Notes: generated by a model not told the origin, from the sequence alone. A stretch of DNA of 64,000 nucleotides from Candidatus Woesearchaeota archaeon (GCA_020637495.1 JACJVV010000002.1:64089-128088); one strand, 5' to 3'; positions 1 through 10,595 are shown, counted from the first letter of the stretch. Made by a program: numbers and translations.

Positions 1-57
1 CATAGAGAAAGGCATAAGACTGAGAGAAAGCAGCTCAAAGCTCAACCAATAGCATAA

Positions 58-68
58 GTTTATATACT
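58..68 (+). promoter_or_regulatory. TATA-like box (gtttatatact) about 25 bp upstream of the ATG at 88
   Basis: AT-rich TATA-like element at the spacing expected for an archaeal promoter. Sequence inspection only. Confidence 0.25.
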
Positions 69-87
69 CACTCTGCTTAGTCGATTT

Positions 88-435
88 ATGCCATTCGACA
101 GAAGGAAAAGATTCAGTGAACCTAAGAGAAGCAGGGAAGTCAGGCCTAAGAAAGGTCAGAGAAGCAGCAATGCACGTAATTTTCTTATCAAATCTCGTGG
201 TAGGGGCGACAGGGTCCGTCTGCCTATGGTCAAAGCTGTATGCGACAGCTGCGGTAAAGAATGTGAATTGCCTTTCAAGCCGACTGCAGGAAAACCTGTC
301 TATTGCAGTGACTGCTTCAAGAGCAAAGGTGGCGATAGTAGAAGCAGCGATAATAGGGGTTCCAAGAATAGTGACTTATCGAGAATTGAAGAAAAGTTGG
401 ATAGAATTCTGAAAATATTAGAGAAAAGCGATTAA
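88..435 (+). CDS. Small basic zinc-ribbon protein (CxxC-x17-CxxC), likely nucleic-acid binding
   Basis: 115 aa, Arg/Lys-rich. Motif CDSCGKEC...YCSDCF forms a four-cysteine ribbon, with an acidic/Ser-rich tail. Confidence 0.5.
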   Translation: MPFDRRKRFSEPKRSREVRPKKGQRSSNARNFLIKSRGRGDRVRLPMVKAVCDSCGKECELPFKPTAGKPVYCSDCFKSKGGDSRSSDNRGSKNSDLSRIEEKLDRILKILEKSD

Positions 436-459
436 TCTCGGTCAAGATAATCATTGTAA

Positions 460-993
460 TTAATGCCTTTCCATAATAGAGCTTATACTATTTCTAAAGT
501 CAGAATAAATTAGTAATTTCCATTTGATATTATCAGTGTGTGCTGGGTCAATATTTAGTTCAGGTGCTACTGCTGCTAATTCTTTCAATTCATTGATCCC
601 TACATCACTTAAAACTTGTTCTCTGTAGAGATGCTGGGAATACTCAATTATGCTATTAGTTAGTTTTCTTAGAATATCGTAAGTTCTGCCTTGTTTCACA
701 TCGCTTAAAGCCTGTTGTAGATATATATCTCTATCTTCAACATATCTTGACCATTTATCTTGATTTGAATATATCTCAGTCAGCATATCAACTCCTGATT
801 GGATATGGCCAGGCTGAACAAAATATTGTGATTGTCTTGCAAAATAACTATTGATCATGTCCACAAATTCTTGTTCTGATCTAAATTCAAGGACAAAGTC
901 AAATTCATTAAATACTCTATTATGATTAGCATCAACTCTATCAGCTATTGTCTGATCTGAAAGTTGCTCTAATATCTCATCTAATCTGCTCAT
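460..993 (-). CDS. Hypothetical protein
   Basis: 177-aa intact ORF with no recognisable motif. Confidence 0.35.
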   Translation of the reverse strand: MSRLDEILEQLSDQTIADRVDANHNRVFNEFDFVLEFRSEQEFVDMINSYFARQSQYFVQPGHIQSGVDMLTEIYSNQDKWSRYVEDRDIYLQQALSDVKQGRTYDILRKLTNSIIEYSQHLYREQVLSDVGINELKELAAVAPELNIDPAHTDNIKWKLLIYSDFRNSISSIMERH

Positions 994-1056
994 ATAACTG
1001 AAATTCTTGTTTCTATTTTAAATATTTTGTAAACAAAAAGCTAATTGTCTAACTTG

Positions 1057-1860
1057 TCATATCATCCTCTTTATGTCCTCAATCCTCTCAAACTCATCCT
1101 CTCTGACAATCTTCAGCTGTTTGGAATTATTCTTCAAGACATTCCTTATTTTCTTCCTAAGCAATCTACCTACCACATTATCACTCTTGACCCTTTGAGT
1201 CTTCTTGAATACACTAAAGTAGAACACAGCTATGACAATTGTTGCAAAGATGAAGAGAGGCCATGAAAAGACAACACCTTTCTGCAGGAGATTATCAAAA
1301 AAATCTCCGAATATCTTGGCATAGAATCCGTTGATGATAAATATCGTAGGTACGTTTATCATTATGAGTATAAATTGTTGGTAAATATTCGCCCATGACT
1401 GCGGCCAGAATATGAGATCAAGTGGTTGCCAGAGCACTGCCCTTATTATAGTGAATATCAGCATGCTCATAAGTATGTCTCCTGTCATGGAATGTATCCA
1501 AGGGATCATCAATGCAACCAATGTCATTGATACAGTGTCTGTTATCACAGCACCCCACGGCGGATGTATGCCGCATAGCCTTGGCCAAAGGTTGTCGAAG
1601 ATTATCAAAGCGATACCAGGGATGGGGCCAAGATTTATTGTTATTATCAACGCAAAAAGATCGACAAGGTCTGTATTGTATAACAGGAAAAAAGGATGTA
1701 CTATCCCTACACCAGGCAATCTGCTCCAGAACCCGATCAATGTGAAAAGGAATATTGTTGCATATATGGTATTGAACGGCAATGCAACTATGGTCAACAC
1801 ATACAATACTGCAGTTGTAACCAAGACAATGACCCAGTTTATTGACAACATATATATCAA
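1057..1860 (-). CDS. Multipass membrane protein, paralog family copy 1 (uncharacterised)
   Basis: 267 aa with several hydrophobic segments. Shares TTAVLYVLTI..LPFN, SRLPG, FYAKIFGDFFDNLL and a charged C-tail with the ORFs at 26872..27669 and 30480..31295. Confidence 0.55.
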   Translation of the reverse strand: MIYMLSINWVIVLVTTAVLYVLTIVALPFNTIYATIFLFTLIGFWSRLPGVGIVHPFFLLYNTDLVDLFALIITINLGPIPGIALIIFDNLWPRLCGIHPPWGAVITDTVSMTLVALMIPWIHSMTGDILMSMLIFTIIRAVLWQPLDLIFWPQSWANIYQQFILIMINVPTIFIINGFYAKIFGDFFDNLLQKGVVFSWPLFIFATIVIAVFYFSVFKKTQRVKSDNVVGRLLRKKIRNVLKNNSKQLKIVREDEFERIEDIKRMI

Positions 1861-1909
1861 CCCCCTGTAGAGTGGTAATAATCAGAAGTATTTATTTATA
1901 GGTGTCCTT

Positions 1910-2719
1910 ATGCAGGACTACTTTAGAAAAGTTTATATATCTAGTAAAGAATTGCCATTCATGGCATTGGACCAGCTCAGGCAGATCGGACTTACTGAAG
2001 GGGAGATAAGTGTATATGAAGCTCTTCTCATAATTGGTGAATGCACAAAGACAAAGCTTGCCAAGGAATCAGGCATATCACCATCTAATATCTATGACGT
2101 GACAAACAGGCTTGTGGAGAAAGGCCTGATCTCAAAATTAGAGAAGAATGGTATACTTCATTTCAGCCCAGCAAACCCAAACAAGCTCAAGCTTTTCTTA
2201 GAGCAGAAGAAGAGAGAGATAGAAAAGGAAGAGAGTATTGTTAGCAATATTCTCCCGACCCTTCTAGCTGAATACCAGAATGTAAAAGATAATTCCAATG
2301 TTGAAGTATTTCAGGGATGGAATGGCATGAAGACGATCTTCGAGGATATGATAGAAGATTGTAAAAGGAATGATAGATGCTATGTTTTCGGTGCAAGCAA
2401 AGGAGAAAGCGAAGAATCAGCAGATAGATTCTTTCTAAAGTATTCAGAGCAGAGAGAGAAGAGAGGGATAATTACAGATATTGTATTCAATGAAGAATTG
2501 CGGAGACGAAAGAAAAGGATCGATTTCTTTCTGAAAGCAAAAAATCATAATGTTCGTTTCTTTATGCAATCAACTCCTGCAGAGATAATGCTATACAAGG
2601 ATAAGGCTTGCATATTGATATTGACTAAAGAGCCTTTGGTAATAAGGATAACATCCAAGGAAGTAATGGAATCATTCAAGCAGTATTTCGATGTCATGTG
2701 GCAGTTGGCAAAACCTTGA
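1910..2719 (+). CDS. TrmB-family transcriptional regulator (N-terminal wHTH plus C-terminal domain). Probable true start at the ATG at 1961
   Basis: N-terminus LTEGEISVYEALLIIGECTKTKLAKESGISPSNIYDVTNRLVEKGLI matches the TrmB HTH. Divergently paired with the membrane paralog at 1057..1860. Confidence 0.55.
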   Translation: MQDYFRKVYISSKELPFMALDQLRQIGLTEGEISVYEALLIIGECTKTKLAKESGISPSNIYDVTNRLVEKGLISKLEKNGILHFSPANPNKLKLFLEQKKREIEKEESIVSNILPTLLAEYQNVKDNSNVEVFQGWNGMKTIFEDMIEDCKRNDRCYVFGASKGESEESADRFFLKYSEQREKRGIITDIVFNEELRRRKKRIDFFLKAKNHNVRFFMQSTPAEIMLYKDKACILILTKEPLVIRITSKEVMESFKQYFDVMWQLAKP

Positions 2720-2778
2720 TTTAATTATCTATATTTCTTATCATCTATACTTCCCTTAGTATATATTAGGAATGTCAT

Positions 2779-4038
2779 ATGAAGCAGATTTCATACAAAA
2801 CCCTTTTAAAAAAATATGCTATCAAGCAGAATATGAAGCTTTTAGAGCATGTTGGCAAAGATATTTTCAAAGAGAATGGCATTGATATCCCAGTAGGAAT
2901 TATACTATCAAAAGACTTTGATACAAAAGATCTTGGGAGATTTCTAAACACTATAAAGGATGGAAAAGTGATAATCAAAGCTCAAGTCATAGGTGGTAAG
3001 AGAAAGAAGTCAGGGCTTGTTGAGAAGGCTGAAAGTTTTGATGAAGCTATTGAGAAGATCAATGATATATTTAGCAAGAGGTACAATAATTCCCTGATCA
3101 AGAAGGTGCTTGTAGAGGAGATGCTGGATATTGAAGCAGAATATTTCCTTTCGATACTTTATGACACTGAGTCAAGGAAACCGATGATACTATTCTCGAA
3201 ATCAGGAGGAATAGATATCGAGGAGAATGAAAAGCCAGAAAGCATCACTGTTGATATACTCGAAGGATTGCAAGATAAAGACATACAAAAGCTTGTAGAG
3301 GGATCAGGTCTGGATTGTGATGCTAAGCTTGTTGAGATGATAAAAAGATCATATCTATGCTTTATAGATAATGATTGCAGAAATCTTGAGATAAACCCTA
3401 TAATCAGGACAAGCTCAGGAGATTACATTGCTGCAGATGCTAAAGTCACAATAGATGACAGCGGGATCCTTAGACAGGAGAAGTTCAAGGATATTGAAGA
3501 AGATGAATCAAGCCTGAATGATCGTGAGAAAGCTGCAAGAAGGATAGATCAGGAAGGCGATAAATCCCACAGGGGAAGTACAGGCAAGACATACATCGAC
3601 ATTGAAGGAGGGGAAATTGCTGTCCTTGCATCAGGTGGAGGTGCATCTCTTGTTGCCATGGACGCGATCATTGAAGCAGGGGGAAAGCCTGCTAATTATA
3701 CAGAATACAGTGGAAATCCATCACGAGAGAAAGTAAGGAGGTTGACCGAGCTTACATTATCTAAGGAAGGACTTAAGGGATGCCTTGTTATAGGCGGAAA
3801 AGCTAATTTCACTGATATCTTTGAGACACTAAGCGGTTTTATGGATGTGATCATGGAAATTAAGCCAAGATACCCTATAGTGATAAGACGTGCTGGTCCT
3901 CGTGACAAGGAAGCATTTGAGATGATAAGGAAGGTTGCAGATGAGCAAGGATTTGACATAACCTTGTATGGTGAGGAGATACCGATGAGCAAGGCAGCCC
4001 ATATCATGGTTCAGAAGATAGGTGATGCCAATGCATGA
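2779..4038 (+). CDS. SucC/AclB-like ATP-grasp subunit (citryl-CoA/succinyl-CoA synthetase beta-type)
   Basis: KAQVIGGKRKKSGLV, EINPI and LASGGGASLVAMDAI resemble succinyl-CoA synthetase beta and the ATP-citrate lyase small subunit. Confidence 0.65.
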   Translation: MKQISYKTLLKKYAIKQNMKLLEHVGKDIFKENGIDIPVGIILSKDFDTKDLGRFLNTIKDGKVIIKAQVIGGKRKKSGLVEKAESFDEAIEKINDIFSKRYNNSLIKKVLVEEMLDIEAEYFLSILYDTESRKPMILFSKSGGIDIEENEKPESITVDILEGLQDKDIQKLVEGSGLDCDAKLVEMIKRSYLCFIDNDCRNLEINPIIRTSSGDYIAADAKVTIDDSGILRQEKFKDIEEDESSLNDREKAARRIDQEGDKSHRGSTGKTYIDIEGGEIAVLASGGGASLVAMDAIIEAGGKPANYTEYSGNPSREKVRRLTELTLSKEGLKGCLVIGGKANFTDIFETLSGFMDVIMEIKPRYPIVIRRAGPRDKEAFEMIRKVADEQGFDITLYGEEIPMSKAAHIMVQKIGDANA

Positions 4039-4933
4039 ACCTTTCCTGACAGGAGATAGTGTTGTCATGGTGCAAGGCATTACTGGCAAGGAGGGCACAA
4101 GCTCAACTATTAGTATGATTGATTCAGGAGTCAATGTAGCATGTGGTGTGACGCCTAAGAAAGGTGGCCAGCTAGTAGAAGGTAAACCAGTCTTTGACAC
4201 AGTCAAGGAAGCTGTTGAATTCAATCAGCATATATCGATAAGCGTGATATATGTGCCTCCATTATTCACATGGAACGCTGTAAAAGAGGCAATTGATGCA
4301 GGGATAAAGAAGATAGTCATAATTGCAGAGAATGTTCCGATAAAGGACACAGCAAAGATTATAACATATGCAAGAAAGCACAATGTGGATGTTCTTGGTC
4401 CTGCTTCTGTAGGCTATCTTGATACGATGGTAGGGAAAATAGGAAGCATAGGCCATAAGGCTCCTGCCTACACAAAAGGGAATGTCGCAATCATCTCAAA
4501 GAGCGGTGGCATGTGTTCAGAGACAGCGTCGATATTATCGCAGAGCGGGTTCGGCCAGAGCATAGTAGTCGGCATAGGTGGAGACCCATTGATAGGAACA
4601 ACCTATTCAGATCTGTTTGCAATGCTCGAGAGGGATGATAGGACCGAGGCAATTGTCTTGTACTGTGAGATAGGTGGAACATATGAAGAGGAAGCTGCAA
4701 GAGCTATCAAGGAAGGAAATCTTACGAAACCTGTTATTGCTTATGTATCAGGGCTTTTTGCAGAATCACTTGGGAGAAGCGTAGCATTAGGCCATGCAGG
4801 TGCAATAATTGAGGGAGGACGGGGAACTGCAGTCTCCAAGAAGAAAGTCCTTCGTGATGCAGGAGTAATAGTAGCAGATTATCATTATGAGATCCCAGAA
4901 TTGGTGAGGAAGGTGTTGAAAGATGAGATTTAA
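4022..4933 (+). CDS. SucD/AclA-N-like CoA-binding subunit with phosphohistidine loop
   Basis: QGITGKEG, SKSGGMCSE, GIGGDP and GHAGAII are hallmarks of the succinyl-CoA ligase alpha family. Overlaps the upstream gene, consistent with an operon. Confidence 0.7.
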   Translation: MMPMHEPFLTGDSVVMVQGITGKEGTSSTISMIDSGVNVACGVTPKKGGQLVEGKPVFDTVKEAVEFNQHISISVIYVPPLFTWNAVKEAIDAGIKKIVIIAENVPIKDTAKIITYARKHNVDVLGPASVGYLDTMVGKIGSIGHKAPAYTKGNVAIISKSGGMCSETASILSQSGFGQSIVVGIGGDPLIGTTYSDLFAMLERDDRTEAIVLYCEIGGTYEEEAARAIKEGNLTKPVIAYVSGLFAESLGRSVALGHAGAIIEGGRGTAVSKKKVLRDAGVIVADYHYEIPELVRKVLKDEI

Positions 4934-5639
4934 GACTTCAGTAAGCAAGATAAAGGAGAATGACATAATAATAAGAGGAGAGAATCTATCAGGACTTGTT
5001 GAAGGTTCAAGTTTTTCAGACTCTATCTTCCTGATATTGCGAAACAGGAAACCAAGCAAGAAGGAATCACGTGTCTTCAACGCAATACTAGTCTCATGCA
5101 TTGATCATGGCATGGGGACACTCTCTGCATTGACGACGAGATTTGCTATGTCAGGCACTCATCAGCTGAATACAGCTGTCGCTGCAGGGCTTTGCTCTAT
5201 AGGGAAATTCCATGGTGGAGCAATAGAAAATTGCATGCAGCAACTTACCTCTGTAAAAGATGTCAAACAATTTGTATCTGACTCTTTATCTGCTAAGAAA
5301 GTGATATTTGGTTTCGGACACAAAGTATACAAGAAAGAAGATCCTCGTGCACAGCAGATTCTCAAGATCTGCAAAGAAGAGGGCTTCTCATCAGAATACA
5401 TTGATGCTGCTCTTGATATGGAGAAAGAGATAGAGAAGCAGAAAGGCAAGAAGCTTGTACTTAATATTGACGGTCTGATAGCTGCAATACTTCTTGAGAT
5501 GGGTTTTGCTCCTGAAGAAGGAAACGGAATATTCATAATTGCTCGTCTTCCAGGGCTTATCGCTCATGCAAATGAAGAGCGTCTGAAGGAGAAACCTGTA
5601 AGAAGATTAGAAGAAGACGAGATAGAATATGAAGGGTGA
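4923..5639 (+). CDS. Citrate-synthase-like small protein (citryl-CoA lyase-like)
   Basis: Carries the GFGHKVYK citrate-synthase signature. Its 238-aa length matches standalone citryl-CoA lyases. Overlaps the SucD-like gene. Confidence 0.6.
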   Translation: MRFKTSVSKIKENDIIIRGENLSGLVEGSSFSDSIFLILRNRKPSKKESRVFNAILVSCIDHGMGTLSALTTRFAMSGTHQLNTAVAAGLCSIGKFHGGAIENCMQQLTSVKDVKQFVSDSLSAKKVIFGFGHKVYKKEDPRAQQILKICKEEGFSSEYIDAALDMEKEIEKQKGKKLVLNIDGLIAAILLEMGFAPEEGNGIFIIARLPGLIAHANEERLKEKPVRRLEEDEIEYEG

Positions 5640-5650
5640 AAGGGATTAAT

Positions 5651-5899
5651 ATGGCAGAAAAAATCTTATCAGGGACAGTCCACAAGCTACCTGCAGATTT
5701 GAAGAAAGAGATATCATCATCAAAAGAGACTTTAGAGAAATGGAATTCTCTTACTCCATTAGGGAGGAATGAGTATATCTGTTGGATAACATCTGCAAAG
5801 AAGGATGAGACAAGGATGAAAAGGATTGATTGGATGAGAACTGACATTCTAAAGGGCAAACGCAGGCCTTGCTGTTGGCCAGGCTGCAGTCATAGGTGA
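5651..5899 (+). CDS. YdeI/OmpD-associated family small protein
   Basis: Pattern W..L.P..R.EYI.WI.SAKK.ETR..RI is typical of this family. Confidence 0.4.
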   Translation: MAEKILSGTVHKLPADLKKEISSSKETLEKWNSLTPLGRNEYICWITSAKKDETRMKRIDWMRTDILKGKRRPCCWPGCSHR

Positions 5900-5969
5900 T
5901 ATTTCACCGAAAGTATAAGTATTTGCCTAATTTATTACGAATTACGTAAGATAAGACTAACTTTTCATA

Positions 5970-5982
5970 AAGCTTTATAAGG
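5970..5982 (+). promoter_or_regulatory. TATA-like box (ctttataagg) about 28 bp upstream of the ATG at 6004
   Basis: Spacing is consistent with an archaeal promoter serving a leaderless or short-leader mRNA. Confidence 0.25.
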
Positions 5983-6003
5983 CATATCGTAATCAGCAGA
6001 AAC

Positions 6004-7908
6004 ATGGTAAAATCATCAAAGAAGATAAAATGGAAGAATCTTTTGCTGTCAAAGGAATTGATAGAACTATTCTCAAAAGCTAAATCTGCAGAAGTTATTC
6101 ATGAGAGGGCAAAGCTCCAGGACTTGTCTGTACCCTGTGATAAATCTCAGGCATATGATGTTTCTTATGAGCTTCCGAATGGCAAGACAGTCAGAGAAGC
6201 TTCTGTTGCAGATGTCAAGAATGGCATTTCAGCAAACTATATCGAGGATTACATGAGAAGACGTGACCCGGAGACGATGCTGATCGCTGATGATCTTCCA
6301 ACAGACAAGCAGACATATAAGAAGAAGTTCAAGAAAAGCTTTGATGGGCTGAGGAAAGATACATTGGACTGGATAAGAAAACAAGACCTATTGATTGTCC
6401 CGTTCATAGCTGGTAATGATGAATATGGGGTGCATTCTATTGCAATAGTCCCTAAGAATGCTGCATTCTTTGCATTCGGGATCTCTCTTCTTCAAGGCAG
6501 CGTCGATCCTGCAAAGATAAAGGATTTTGAGCCTAGATGCTTCCTCTATATTGCTCCTCCTTTCAGACACACTCATTTCGATGGCAAGCAAGCTGTCGTA
6601 CATAATAGGCTTAAGGATAATTATGAGATATTCGCATACAACCTGTATCCTGGCCCTAGTGCAAAGAAAGGGATATATGGTGTTCTGATACATTTTGGTG
6701 AGCTTGAGAATTTCCTTACGAACCATTGTGCAGTCGTTGAGGTGATAACACCTTATGGCAATAAGATAAGCATAATGCATGAAGGCGCTTCAGGCGGTGG
6801 AAAAAGTGAGATGAACCAGCATGTCCAGCGTGAGTGGGATGGTTCAATAGTTCTTGGACGAAACAAGGTTACCGGAGAGAAGAGGCAGATGACATTGCCT
6901 AGAGGATGCACGATAAATCCTGTAGTGGATGACATGGGTTCATGCTATAGCCAGATACAGAAGGATAACGGAAAGATAGGTGTAATCGACGCTGAAAGCG
7001 GATGGTTCATACGTGTCAATCACATCGAGAACTATGGCACTGATTTTGACATTGAATCAGCTACTATACATCCTAAGCAGCCTTTGCTTTTCCTAAATAT
7101 TGATGCGCAACCAGGAAGCACAGCGCTTCTCTGGGAGCATACTATCGATTCAAACAAGAAGCCATGCCCTAATCCAAGGGTCGTGATACCAAAGGAAGAC
7201 TTTCCTCAGATATCTACGAGACACACATATGTAGACGTCAGGAGTTTTGGGATAAGGACACCTCCTTGCACCAAGAAGAATCCATCTTACGGTGTTATAG
7301 GGCTTTTCCAGGTCATACCACCTGCAGTAGCGTGGCTTTGGAGGCTTGTCTCACCACGAGGTTTTGCAAATCCTAGCATAATCGATACTGAAGGAATGAG
7401 CTCTGAAGGAGTTGGCTCCTATTGGCCTTTCGCTACAGGCAAGAAGGTTGTACAGGCAAACATGCTCCTGAAGCAGATAATCGATAATCCTAAAGTGCAT
7501 TATGCATTATGCCCAGTAGGAAATCTTGGGGCATGGGAAGTGGGTTTCATGCCTGAATGGATAATGCGTGAATATCTTTCTCGACGTGGAGGGATACGTT
7601 TCATGGATTCTGATCTTTCTGAATCAAATTCAGTGTTGCTGGGTTACTCTATGAATAGGCTGGTCATAGAGGGCCAGACTATACCTGAGCATTTCCTAAA
7701 GCCTCAGCTTCAGCCAGAAGTTGGAAATGAGGCACATAAGAAAGGTTGCAGGATACTTGAGGATTATTTCAAGAGTGAACTTAAACAATTTCTCTCTCCT
7801 GAGCTTGATCCATTAGGGAAGAAGATAATAAATTTGTTCATGAAAGGCGGCAAGCTCCAGGATTTTGAGAAGCTCATTCCAGGAGAGAGCATATTCATAG
7901 ATGAATGA
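6004..7908 (+). CDS. Divergent PEP carboxykinase (ATP)-like protein (PEPCK/HprK P-loop fold)
   Basis: YPGPSAKKGIYG aligns with PckA YGGEMKKGMFS. HEGASGGGKSEM aligns with the kinase-1a loop FFGLSGTGKTTLS. DDMGSCY aligns with EGGCYAK. Confidence 0.4.
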   Translation: MVKSSKKIKWKNLLLSKELIELFSKAKSAEVIHERAKLQDLSVPCDKSQAYDVSYELPNGKTVREASVADVKNGISANYIEDYMRRRDPETMLIADDLPTDKQTYKKKFKKSFDGLRKDTLDWIRKQDLLIVPFIAGNDEYGVHSIAIVPKNAAFFAFGISLLQGSVDPAKIKDFEPRCFLYIAPPFRHTHFDGKQAVVHNRLKDNYEIFAYNLYPGPSAKKGIYGVLIHFGELENFLTNHCAVVEVITPYGNKISIMHEGASGGGKSEMNQHVQREWDGSIVLGRNKVTGEKRQMTLPRGCTINPVVDDMGSCYSQIQKDNGKIGVIDAESGWFIRVNHIENYGTDFDIESATIHPKQPLLFLNIDAQPGSTALLWEHTIDSNKKPCPNPRVVIPKEDFPQISTRHTYVDVRSFGIRTPPCTKKNPSYGVIGLFQVIPPAVAWLWRLVSPRGFANPSIIDTEGMSSEGVGSYWPFATGKKVVQANMLLKQIIDNPKVHYALCPVGNLGAWEVGFMPEWIMREYLSRRGGIRFMDSDLSESNSVLLGYSMNRLVIEGQTIPEHFLKPQLQPEVGNEAHKKGCRILEDYFKSELKQFLSPELDPLGKKIINLFMKGGKLQDFEKLIPGESIFIDE

Positions 7909-7923
7909 TTGGAAATGGATATT

Positions 7924-8199
7924 CTAAGCAGTCCTTTTTATGATATGGAATCCAAATCTTGTAGGGACTATCCCTGATACTGCACCAACTTCTAAATTAA
8001 ATGCTGCTTTCTCAAAATCAGGTACCATCTGACCTTTTCCAAATGAACCAAGGTCTCCCCCATTCTTACCTGAAGGACATGTTGAATGTTTCTTTGCTAA
8101 AGCTTCAAAGCTTTCACCATTATTTATTTTTTCAAGTAATTCTTTTGCAAAATTCTCATCTTCAACTAAAATGTGTGAAGCAGTTATCTGTTCTGACAT
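7924..8199 (-). CDS. Parvulin-type peptidyl-prolyl cis-trans isomerase (PpiC family)
   Basis: HILV...FE.LAKKHSTCPSGKNGGDLGSFGKGQMVPDFEKAAF...GFHIIK. Confidence 0.65.
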   Translation of the reverse strand: MSEQITASHILVEDENFAKELLEKINNGESFEALAKKHSTCPSGKNGGDLGSFGKGQMVPDFEKAAFNLEVGAVSGIVPTRFGFHIIKRTA

Positions 8200-8260
8200 A
8201 TTATCACCTAGCATGTCTAAAGTTAACCTTTTTTTAAAAGTTGTGTAAGAAAAAGAAGCA

Positions 8261-8271
8261 AGCCCCTGCTG
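8261..8271. repeat. Direct repeat copy A (gcccctgctgc) at the left edge of the island
   Basis: A GC-rich 11-mer in AT-rich DNA, related to the copies at 11363-11376 and 19207-19219. Confidence 0.4.
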
Positions 8272-10595
8272 CTACAAGAAATTTGTAATTATTACAAATA
8301 ATTTATAAGTTTGCGAATATCTATATCCCATATGATAAAATTATTAATTTCATTTACTCACAATCCTCGAGAAGTTTAGTAGGATTGAATTTGAAATGAG
8401 GTTGAAACAGAAATAAGTGAACTAAGATAATATTCAGAATAATGGTAAATGAAAGCTTGAAGAGATTTTGAAAGCAAAAAAATTGTCTGAGAATAAATAA
8501 AGCACCTAGTTATTTATGATGAATTTTGTAGTCCTGTATTAACCACATGTTATGACATTTGCATTTTCTTTTTTCATCTTTTACTCCATTTTTATCAACA
8601 CAATATAATCTACAAGGTAAGTTCCTTCTCTTCCAATTCCAATTGTTCAAGATTCGGCTAAAATTGCTACCAACTACTGTCATAATATCGTCAATATCAA
8701 ACTCTCAATATACGAAAATTTTTCTTCCTTTATTAAAATATAGGGATTTCATTAGATACTTTATCAGGGAAGCATTTTCTATATCTTTAAAGTATCAAAA
8801 ATAACCAGAAATGATTGTCCTCAAAATAATATTACTGGTCTGTAACTTTCTCCTCAGTGTAATTTAAAAAATGGTATAATCTATATAACCATTTTGTATT
8901 TTCTCCTACTTGAACCCACCCAGCTTGTTTCTTTCAATATCTCTTTGTCAATAGTAAGTTTTGAATTCTTCATCAATTTTGGCTTAAATCAAAACATTTG
9001 CACCTACTTGAAATTATAATCCCATATTGCTCATCAGTTGACTTGTAGGTATTTCCCCCATATGACAAGCAATTATGAATTTATTGCCAAGTAAGTTATA
9101 AACCTCTTCCTTACATTCATTAGGACAATAGCTTTACTTTTCAAGTATCTTCTCTTTGTTAATTGTAGGCATCTTGATTCCCTAAATTACCTATTTCATT
9201 AATATTTATCTCTGAACAACCTATTTTGTTAGAATTACAGGAGGGTAAGTATTATTATACAATTTTACAATTTGCTTCATTTTTGTTACTCTATATTTAT
9301 ATTTATAAAATGATTAAGCATCTTTTTGCAGGATAAAGGATTGCCAATGCAAGAATCCTAAATAGAGCCACATTTCAGGTATTATTCTATTACAACTAAA
9401 GGTAAGAAAATAATACAATAGTTGTCTATTCACTTGTCTTTTTTTAAGATTCTTCTTTAAGTTTTTTATTTAACCTTCTGTAATAATTTTCGTAATCTCA
9501 TTTGTTCTTCTAGGTAATTCACTATTGTTTAATAATTACTAAAGAAACAAAATGCTATAAATCAACAACTATTAGAATGTAAAAAGTAGAATAGAAAATC
9601 CCCTATCAATCAATCCCCTGATTAAAGATATGATAAACACGATCTCTGATTTTATTATGATAATATATAAGAGACAATGATTTTGCATACTTGATTTATT
9701 TTCCTTTCTGAATTTTTCAACAATTGTTTTGGCAGGTTTATATTAATAATAATCTTCACAATAAGATACCATTAGAGTGAAGCTTAGATTTACATACTGA
9801 ACAATTACCCATATGAATACTTAAATTGATTTTAGCAAATATAAATCTTTCTAGAATTATAAGCTTCCTTGTCTAGAAACTCCAAGCTTTTGTATTATAG
9901 GGTGATGACATGTAGAGATAGAATATCTAAAAATAAAAAGAAGTCCTTATTTTGGTAGTATGCAAAAATTAATTTCACCGGTTATCATTCTAGTCTTCAT
10001 TTTTTCTATTAGTTCTAATGAGTTTTTCTTACCACATCTATAGATTTTACATACTAGTATTGTCTAAATGTTATATTCTCTTTATTATGCATATTTCTTA
10101 TATGATTTTATTGAAATAGATCCAAATATGAATTATACTGTTTTATACATGATTTAACTTTTTTTTATAGGTTCTATTATCATATAGTCATATTATACAT
10201 TGTAAAAAAATAATAACTCAGAGATATCATTAACAATTGGATTTGGAATAGCTATAATTTGCAGTAATTAGGTTCATTAAGAGTTTTTTACAAAAAAGAA
10301 GATATAAATTTGATAGATATAATTTTGGTCGTACAGTAGATGCAATTACAGGATTCTTTGTAGGGTTAATCTTTATTCTATGTTTATCAATAGTCACTAA
10401 AGGATACATGCTTACTAATTTAGATAAGGAAATTCGTTTTTTATTTATAGTCTGAGCTTAATCTTTGGTATTTGGATTTTCAGGAAAGTGGATATACATA
10501 TTTGTGAGTATGAAAAGAAGAGATTATGATTTGCTTTTGACCGAGATAATGGAGTGTTCAGCTATTCTAAATTCCCTAATCTATTGTCCAGTAAT

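Noticed and set aside
1045-1266. Numerous antisense or overlapping track ORFs (for example 1045..1266, 1412..1870, 3696..4007, 22115..22917, 42055..43153, 45481..46002, 63150..63557)
   Set aside because: They lie fully inside longer ORFs with clear homology on the opposite strand or another frame, and are typical shadow ORFs.
8559-8804. Track ORFs inside the island (8559..8804, 14034..14222, 18013..18201, 17999..18238)
   Set aside because: These are low-complexity or fragments of the decayed TnpB-like gene in two different frames. They are not intact genes.
9040-9420. Eukaryote-like splice motifs (GGTAAGT...TTTTGCAG, GTAAGT, GTAAGA...TAG) suggesting spliceosomal introns
   Set aside because: The surrounding genome is clearly archaeal (operons, overlapping genes, TrmB/Lrp regulators, a tRNA with a BHB-type intron). 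These hexamers are expected by chance in about 25% GC DNA.
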